NCBI RefSeq assembly: GCF_001194135.2
Contig: NC_068994.1
Coordinates: forward strand, 41,168,814-41,232,813
DNA from: Octopus bimaculoides
Lineage: Eukaryota
Direction: 5' to 3'
DNA: 64,000 nucleotides
The notes beneath the pieces are model-generated. The model made no database searches. It was not told the origin of the DNA and saw only the letters and a list, made by a program, of their open reading frames with translations. Positions 24,966-33,800 of this stretch are shown piece by piece. The first letter of the stretch is position 1; the number at the start of each line of letters is the position of its first letter. Made by a program: the position numbers and the translations under genes.

Positions 24966-26496
24966 TCTGCCATGTCAATGAAGGAATAATCATTAAATCT
25001 CTAAATAACTTCTAAGAAGTTTGGTTGAATTTTCCATATTAAATCCCCATTATAAACTTTGCTATATTGGCTTCTACCTACTGTAATATTTTCCAGCCTT
25101 ATTCTCCTTTATTCTCATGTAAATTAGGTATGGTTTCAAAATAATAACTGACATATAATTAGAAGTGTTAAATCATAAATATTTAGATGTTCATAGAATA
25201 ATATGTACCAAAACATCAATATTTAGTGGTAAGGCATCAATATTTTCACTTCAAAGAAAGACAGGATAGAAATGAAGAAGAAACTATATACAAGATGGTA
25301 TTAACATAATTAATGCAAGAAGAATTGAAAAGTAAAGTGACAAATTTTGGTAAATATAGAAGACAATTCGTGACATATTTCAACCTAGTTCTGACCTTAT
25401 TATCAAAGTAAGGCTTCTTTGTACTTGATGAATCGGTGAGGTAAAAATCTCTCTGTATGTGTATAAAATTGTACATTGGCTGGTGTAGTAAAACAGAATT
25501 GTTTAGAAAATCATTAATTCAGGGATGCTAGCTGCATGGAAAACAGTAGTCAATTTACTGCTAATAAATCTAATGCAAGGATTGTTGATGGTCTGTGTAA
25601 ATATTTACATCTGTGAAGCCATTGAATTGTTCTAACATATTTTAGTAAATCCTTGGGCAAGAAAATAACTTCTTTTTCTCTCTGGATGGCAAAAACATAT
25701 CTATGAGGATGAAGATATCAGTGGAATGACTTAAAAACAAATGCTTAAAAGCCCCATAGGAATCTATTAAATTATGCCAACTTAGGCAAAATGATATAAA
25801 ATAAGCGTTTTTCAGTTATAAAATATATCCTTTTTATTATCGGCACAAGGCCTGAAATTTTGTGGGAAGGGTTAATTGATTGTATTGACTCAAGTTCTTA
25901 GCTAATTTCATCAACCCTGAGAAATGAAAGGCTAAGTCAACCTTGGTGGCATTTGAACTCAGAACATAAAGATAGATGAAATGCCACTAAGCATTTTGTT
26001 AAATGCTTTAACAATTGATTTCAAATTTTGACACAGGCCTGCAATTTGCAGGGAGGGCTAAGATGATTATATCAACCCTGGTGCTCAACTGGTACGTATT
26101 TTATTGACCCTAAATGGATGAAAGGCTTGGTGATATTTGAACTCAAAATGTGATGACAGATGAAATGCTGCTAAGCATTTTGTTTGTGTTATTCTAAAGT
26201 AAACTCTAGATCATAATTGATTTCTTTTAATTGGAAATATTTCATAGATTTGAATACAGGCATGTGGTTTGAAGTTCACTTCACAACTGTATTGCAGAAC
26301 ATTTTTTTGTAGTTAAGTTGACTGAGCTATTTGGGAATTAAATGCTACTTGAGACAGCATATTAACTGCTAATTTCTTAGTTAATTGTTTGATACCCAGT
26401 CTACCCAGCCAACAATTCTCTTAAACTGAATCCATACTAACATTAGAAATGTCAAATAATAAATAAAAAAAAGCTAATAGTAATTCTATAACTTAC

Positions 26497-26662
26497 CAAG
26501 AAGTTCTTCATAGTGATTAGCATCTGCTTCAGTCCAGCCATGTCCAGTGTAATTACAGGAGGATACCTCTGACATTTCATTGTAATTTCCAAGAAATTCT
26601 GGCTTAAAAGAACTTTGTATTCTTGGCCCATCATATATTATGACCATATCATCAAGGAAGTT
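26497..26662 (-). CDS. PCDH: Protocadherin coding exon 2 (cytoplasmic), 166 nt, phase 0 to phase 1
   Basis: Acceptor TTTTGAAATTTATAG| and donor CTTG|GTAAGT. Open in phase 0 for all 55 codons: NFLDDMVIIYDGPRIQSSFKPEFLGNYNEMSEVSSCNYTGHGWTEADANHYEELL. The phase matches the exon 1 donor. Confidence 0.85.
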
Positions 26663-27245
26663 CTATAAATTTCAAAACAAGTTTTATTAAATTTCAAACT
26701 AGACGATTTAAAATCATTCACATCTAACAGAAAGAAAAAAAACTAACTCATTCAGATCTTAAATAATAACTAGGAGTAAGACATCACCAAATCAACGTAT
26801 AAGCATTGATGATAATTAGTTGCATTTACATTGTGAGATTGTGACATCAGATCTTAAGGTGTTGGGCTTTATGAAAAAGGCAAAGGGAAAAACCAAAACA
26901 AATGGCAATGTGTGATGAAGCAGATCTATCAAATACAAAAGAATGGAGTGGGGGAAACAAAACAAAAACATCAAAACACTGATGATGACAATAAACAACA
27001 ATGACAGCTATCAGAATTTGAGGTGGATTTTTTTGCAGTCAAACGTCTTTCCTGTCACCAACATATATTTGTGTGTGCGCGCATGTGTGTGTGCACGCAT
27101 GTGTGTGTGTATGTGATAAGGGGGCTGCTAGTTTATATCTTATCACATGTATTGGATTGTTTCCTTCAGAAAACCCTTTTAGGTGTTAGTGACTGCCCAT
27201 CATGCTGAGCTTTGTAAATCAAGATCAACTTGATCTAAGATCAGA

Positions 27246-27429
27246 GGTTCCATTCTCATTCCTATTTAACCCACAGTCCAGCTTAGTATTACACACACAC
27301 ACATATTTATATATATGTGTGTGTATGTAAGTATGTATGTATGTACATATATAAATGTATGTATGTATGTATATGTATATATGTAATATAAAGCTTAACT
27401 GTGGGTCAAATATGAATAAGAATGGAACC
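27246..27429. repeat. Inverted repeat (~48-bp arms) enclosing a microsatellite (intron 1)
   Basis: 27246-27293 vs the reverse complement of 27382-27429, about 7 mismatches. The spacer is (CA)/(TA)/(TATG)n. Confidence 0.8.
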
Positions 27430-29280
27430 CACAGAGAAGTTCTATGATACTTAAATTTATTTCAGTTCTGATTCATGTAATATATTTAATCTTTACTTGT
27501 TTCAGTCATTTTGTATGGCCATGCTGGGGCATCAGCCTCAGTACTTATTTATGTATTTATTTATGAATCAAAGTTCCACTGCAGTGGTGGTGGTGGTGGT
27601 GATGATGATGCAAGGGGCTGCTACACAGTTTTTGTCGACCAAGTTCCACTCAGAAAGTACAGGTTAACCCATAGCTATTGTAGAAGATACTCAAACAAAT
27701 TGCTGTGCAGTGAGATTGGACCCAGTAACCTGTTGCTGTGAAGCGAACATCTTAACCACACAGCCATATCTCTGCCTACAGTTTGTTCTTTGATCAAGCA
27801 CATTACCTTTACTCCTTATCAATCTCCTTCCAATGATGGTAATAATAATTATAACGATTGCGGTAGTTTGTAATATTAATACTTGTTCATAAAAAAATAA
27901 TACTCAAAAACATTTCAATAATATTTCTGTTAATGACAAAGACAGGAAAAAGATATAATACTTCTTAAGTTTGCATTTCTTTGATCTTTCTATATTATAA
28001 CCATGATGCAGTTTATTTCGTATGATCACAAATTGTATCTGAAATAGCTCATCATATTGTTTGTCCTCTTATGAAAAGAAAAAAGAAAAGCAAATCAGTC
28101 TTAAATATATTTCAAAGAAAATATAATACATTCCAATAATATTCCTGTAATTTTACAAAAGTATTTATCAATATTCTATGTATTACTGTCATTGAGATAT
28201 TCCTCCCCTCCACACTTCCAGAATTTTTTATATTTAAATGGTAATTAATTCTTAGCTTAACTATAATTCCTTGTCTTGCAAGATTTCAATTTTACAGTTG
28301 ATTAATCATTTTCATGCTGTTTTTTTTATCTTTATATATGTGTATGTACATATTTACATGTATGTAATAAAATAAATGTAGTATATACCAAATAATATTT
28401 GTATTTTGCAAACCAATCATGTCTTTCATTTATTTTACAAATGTGTCTATGTGCGTGTGTGTTTGTGTGTGCCGCCTGATTGGTTCCTGTGACAGTGGTA
28501 TGTATAAAGCACCATTCGAGTGTGGTCGATGCCAGTGTCAAGTGACTGGGCCCCGTGCCAGTGATACGTAAAAAGCACCCACTACACTCTGGGAGTGCTT
28601 GGCGTTAGGAAGGGCATTCAGCTGTAGAAACCTTGCCAAATCAGATTGGAGAGACAAAGAAATTCAGGGAGAGTTGATGATGTTTTTATTACAAGTAGTA
28701 GTGTTGATGGTGACAGTGAGAGTAATAATAAGAGAGTGAGAAAGAGTGGGTATGTGAGAGAAAGAGGAATTGAACACAATTCATTTACACACACATTTAG
28801 CTTTTTTGTGATTGAAATGGGGTGATAGTAATAATAGTTGTGATAGAGGCAGAGATGGCGGTGATGATGGTGGTGGTGGTGGTAGTGGTAGTAGCCGAGG
28901 CGGTCAGGGATGATGGTGAGAGTAAGTGATGTGAAAGACAGTGGTGGTGGTGGTAGAGGGGAAGGTAGCGAAGTCAAAGGTATTGATGGTGGTGGCGTCA
29001 GAAGCCTGAATGGTGTGTGTACAGCAGAGATGGTGGTGATGGTAGTTGTACTGCTGTTTATCATGCAACTTTACAATAACTTTCAAATCAACAAATTATA
29101 TCATTGTTTTGATGAAAATTGTTCATTGCTTGAAAAATATTGTTCAAGTTTAATAAAATTTAAGATGTACTCAATGCATGAAGAGTCATTGTTGGGCCCA
29201 AGGCCTAACGAAGAGCCCTCCACAGGAGCTAGCTTAAAAGCCACCTGATATATATACATATATATGCATATAGCGAAAGT

Positions 29281-29560
29281 GCTTCATGGCTTAGTGGTTA
29301 GGGTATAAGGTTCATGATCATGAGGTTGTGAGTTCAATTCCCACCAACACATTCTGTTCTTGAGCAAGACACTTTATTTCATATTGCTCCAGTCCACTCC
29401 ACTGGCAAACATGCATAGCACCTGTATTTCAAAGGGCCGGCCTTGTCATGCTGAATCTCCCTGAGAACTACATTAAGGATACACATGTCTGTGGAGTGCT
29501 TGGCCACTTGCCCATTTTCATTAGCAGGCTATTCCATTGATTGGATCAACTGGAACCCTC
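29281..29560 (+). mobile_element. SINE family C, plus-strand copy (intron 1)
   Basis: TGGCTTAGTGGTTAGGG...GTTCAATTCCC...GTTCTTGAGCAAGACAC...CAGTCCACTC. Confidence 0.8.
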
Positions 29561-30076
29561 ATCGTCAGAACTGGTAAATGAACATCACTTTTATACATGT
29601 GATGTTGTTCGTTTCTAGTCTTCCATGGAAAATATGTCTGATCATAGGAAGTATCAGCTGGAAGCAGGTGAGTGTTGGTGACAGGAAGGTCATCCAGAAA
29701 CAGAAAATTTGATTCAACAAACCCCATCTGACCCATGCAAGCATAGAAAAGTGGACGTTAAAATGACGAGGACGATGATAATATTTGTATATATCTGTAT
29801 CTATACTCTCACACACATACTTATATTTAGTGAACTCACTTGTCATAAATGATAGATGAAAGCTCTGCAACTTCTTGCTGAAACACCTGCACAGATGATT
29901 TGCTTATAGTGATTAAATGCTTGTGTTGTTTAATAGCTCACATGTTTGTTTCAAATTGACATTACCTGTAGAGGTGCATGATATGCTACATATCTGAAGG
30001 ATGTGGCCACAGAGCAATGTGAAATTAAGTTTTTTTGCATATGAGTGCAACAACTCCACCCACTAGGTCACACATC

Positions 30077-30108
<32 letters not shown>

Positions 30109-31205
30109 NNNNNNNNNNAATAATAATAAAAAGTAACAACAAAAGAATGAGACTTTGATATTAGATAAATATATGATTATTTATATATGTTATAATTTAG
30201 AACAAACAGTAAAAGGTTGTCATTATAATCTTTACTCGGAGTTTCGAATGTCGGAGCAAAGAGCTACGATACATTCTCACTGGCTATTAATGGCAACACA
30301 CTCCAATTTCATCTGGCAAGGTTTATACAGCTGGATGCCCTTCCTAATGCCAACCACTCAGAGAGTGTAGTGGGTGCTCTTTCACATGCCACTGGCACAG
30401 GTGCCAGTCAGGTAGTACTGGCATTGCCATTGATATATATGAAAGAGCATGACTTAAATTTATTCCAACCTTACTGGGTTTCCTAATATATAATATATAT
30501 GTACATAACTAATTTAGAGACGAACCACTACTCTACAACTCAGAACCCGTCCAAATCCATGCTGTAAGGCATATACCATCTTAATATATCTAAGATTTTA
30601 ATCTAAAAATTTAAATTAAATAACATATATAAATAAATCATAGAAATATTAATTTAAAAAATTTTTAAAGTCAAATTTATAAATTGGACAGTAAAAATTA
30701 ATACGATAACATACAGTATGGAAGTCTAAATGTAGAAAATTAGTGCTAGTACATAGACTATGCGCGTTTCATGACTGAAATAGGACTATATAAAATCATA
30801 ATCAAATTTTATCCGAGTTCATTAGAACGGGGAGATGATTTTACTCCCCAAATCAGACACTCTTCAGGTCAAATCCCTAAGAAAATACCTAAAATCATTC
30901 AGAGAATAAACATAAACATGAGAAATAAAAATATATATAAAGAGACAAAATCTGTAAACTAATCCCTACATTAACGGTATTAATATAATTATTAAGAGTT
31001 ACAATCTAAAAATATTATAGTATTATAGTAAACAAGGTTAAAACATTATGGAATAAGTAGATAATAGTAAAAAAAAATGTGTTAGTGTACAAAGTTACTA
31101 AAAGACGGATGTCAATATTGTTTATAAAATTAAAATACGAAAACATGATTTATCTGCCGGCTGGTGACTGTAGATTAAACCAACATGTGCTATAGAATTT
31201 ATACT

Positions 31206-31655
31206 AAAAGGTCACGTGATAAATATGGCGTATATTACCCAGAAGTACCTGCGTATTATAATTACTAAAATAATAACGAAAATATCGAATAAGAAAATCT
31301 ACCTAAAATAAAAAAGATTCTTGAGGATTAAAAATACTAAAATACTTAAACTTGCAAATTAACGCAGAGTAATAACTACTCACATACGAAAATTCTATAT
31401 TACGTAAATAATGCTATGAAAATAAATACTGAAAAGTCACGTGATAAATATGGCGTCCATTACCAGAGGCAAGTACGTGTTATAATTACTAAAATAATAA
31501 CGAAACTATCGAAAAAGAAAATCTACCTAAAATAAGAAGTTTAATGAAGATTAATAATACTAAAATACTTAAAACTCTCAGATTTACACAGAATAATAAC
31601 TATACCAAATATGAAAGTTATATATTACTTTAATAATGTTATGAAACATTTTAAA
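31206..31655. repeat. Two-copy tandem repeat, period ~225 bp
   Basis: GTCACGTGATAAATATGGCG at 31211 and 31436; the following ~200 bp align (TATAATTACTAAAATAATAACGAAA, AAGAAAATCTACCTAAAATAA, ATACTAAAATACTTAAA). Confidence 0.85.
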
Positions 31656-31959
31656 AGACTGCTTATATTATCGTTGAATACTTAAAGTAAAGGAAGTTAT
31701 ATGTTCCAATTTTGTATAATATTGTGATGATTAAAGTGTATTCTAACCCTAATTTGATGTCTTTTACGCTACTGATCATAACTATAAGTTGGTATTTAAT
31801 ACTAGGTTTAAATAAATAAATTAGTTATCTAAACTTATTATATAAGTAATTTAATTTATGTCTGCATTGAATATTACGTTTATCATGGGAGTTAAAGAAT
31901 TTGTTATTAGCTAATGATATCTCTTTAAATTCGTTAGTACATAATATATATATATATAT

Positions 31960-32165
31960 TTCAATATGTGACCGCGTGTGTATCGTTGGTAATTTTCTTT
32001 CTCCGTCTTCCCTTCTGTGGACGTTTTCTATATTTCTGATGAAGAGCCTTGCTCGAAAAAATCCTCTTTCTTTTCTTTCCTTTCCTGAGCGTTCAATAAC
32101 ACTGTACTTATTCCACGTCCTCGCGTTGTTGCTTTTTCTTGTTTGTTCATGTTTGGATTGACTAT
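31960..32165 (+). mobile_element. Penelope-type LTR/tail fragment with degenerate hammerhead-like core
   Basis: CTGATGA-A-GAGC-CTT-GCTC-GAAA at 32036-32058 within a CpG-retaining block. The family assignment is inferred from this motif. Confidence 0.55.
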
Positions 32166-32639
32166 ATGTATATATGCATATATATATATATATGTATATA
32201 TATATATGTGTGTGTGTGTATATGTTTGTGTGCCCGTGTTTATGCCCCCAACATTGCTTGACAACAAATGCTGGTGCATTCACTTCCCCATAACTTAGTG
32301 GTTCAGCTAATAAGTCCGATAGAATAAGTACTAGGCTTACAAAGAATAAGCTCTGGTGTCGATTTGTTTGACTAAAGGTGGTGCTCCAACATGGCCACAG
32401 TTAAATGACTGAAACAAGTAAAAGAATAAGAGAATAAATATATATATAGACACATGAGTGGCTGTGTGGTAAGTAGCTTGCTTACCAACTACATGGTCCC
32501 AGGTTCAGTCCCACTGTGTGGCACCTTGGGCGAGTGTACTAGGCTTACAAAGAATAAGTCGTGGAGTTGATTTAAATAAAAAGACGGTGCTCCAGCATGG
32601 CCACAGTCAAACGACTGAAACAAATAAAAAAATATAATG

Positions 32640-32943
32640 TGTACATTATTTACATTTGACGGATATTTGTCCTCATCTTGTTTGCTGTTAACACAATGTT
32701 TTGGCTGCCTTCATCAGGTGTCTTTGGGAAATTTCGAACCTGGGTTCTCATTCCTAAGGTATTTTTCGATGTTATTATTATTATTATTATTATTATTCAG
32801 GTCACTGTCTCAGAATCTTGGGGTTAGTAGTCGTGCTCTTAACTGCTATGCCATATGCCCGTAGTGATTAAGAGCATGGGCTACTAACCCCAAGATTCCG
32901 AGTTTGATTCCAGGCAGTGACCTGAATAATAATAATAATAATA

Positions 32944-32985
<42 letters not shown>

Positions 32986-33128
32986 TCGAAAAATACCTTA
33001 GGAATGAGAACCAAGGTTCGAAATTTCCCAAAGACACCTGATGAAGTTTGGAGGGTATATCAGCCGAAATGTTGTGTTAACAACAAACAAGATGAGGACA
33101 AATATCTGTCAAATGTAAATAATGTACA
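32640..33128. mobile_element. ~490-bp palindromic element: head-to-head tRNA-like heads, (AAT)n, hammerhead-like tails
   Basis: 32640-32860 is the reverse complement of 32870-33128 apart from microsatellite length and two small deletions in the left arm. Confidence 0.9.
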
Positions 33129-33800
33129 TAGTGTACATTATTTCTCATCTCTTAAATATAGAACTGTATAACGTGTCTTGTGTGAACAAAAGAGATGTAC
33201 AACTGCTACTGTTAAGTTTAGAGCTCTACATAGATTGTCATCCTCCAGTCTGCTTCCAGTAGTGTGGTTAAGTAAGTACTATGCTTAGTAGTATTACTAG
33301 TTATGATGTACATAGCGACTGTAGAAGAAATTACAATGAAATTGTTTGTATTGTTTGTTCCTACATACCTAAGAAAAATCTGTATAAACTTGTGTTTATC
33401 AAAATTTCTCATCTCTCTTTCGCTTTCTCTCTCTATCTCTCTTGATATATATATGTGTGTGTTCATATACTTATAGCCACATACATGTACATGCATTAAA
33501 TATGTATGTTAGTATGTGTATATATGCATATGTACACACACACACACACATATACATACACATGTATGTGTATATGTACGCAACATAATTAGATAGTACT
33601 ATAAGCTTTTCAAATAAAGCTTAATTCTATGTCCAAGATAATATCTGAAAATAATACCTTACTTGCAATATGACCACATTTTTTTTATTCCTTTTGCACA
33701 AAAGATATCTCAACTTATTCTTGAAACAATATAAGAATTCCTCAAGAAATAAATGCTATTAAATCTATATGAACAAAAACTAATCAAGAAAAACACTTAC

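Noticed and set aside
28618-29248. ORFs rich in His/Pro/Thr or Gly/Val (also 14979-15251, 17502-17696, 54592-54804, 59398-59661)
   Set aside because: Degenerate trinucleotide repeats (CAC/CAT/GGT/GAT); no domain content.
30236-30290. Minus-strand CCAGTGA-GAATGT...ACATTC-GAAAC, resembling a hammerhead
   Set aside because: The first box departs from CUGANGA at conserved positions and there is no cleavage triplet. At most a very decayed PLE tail.
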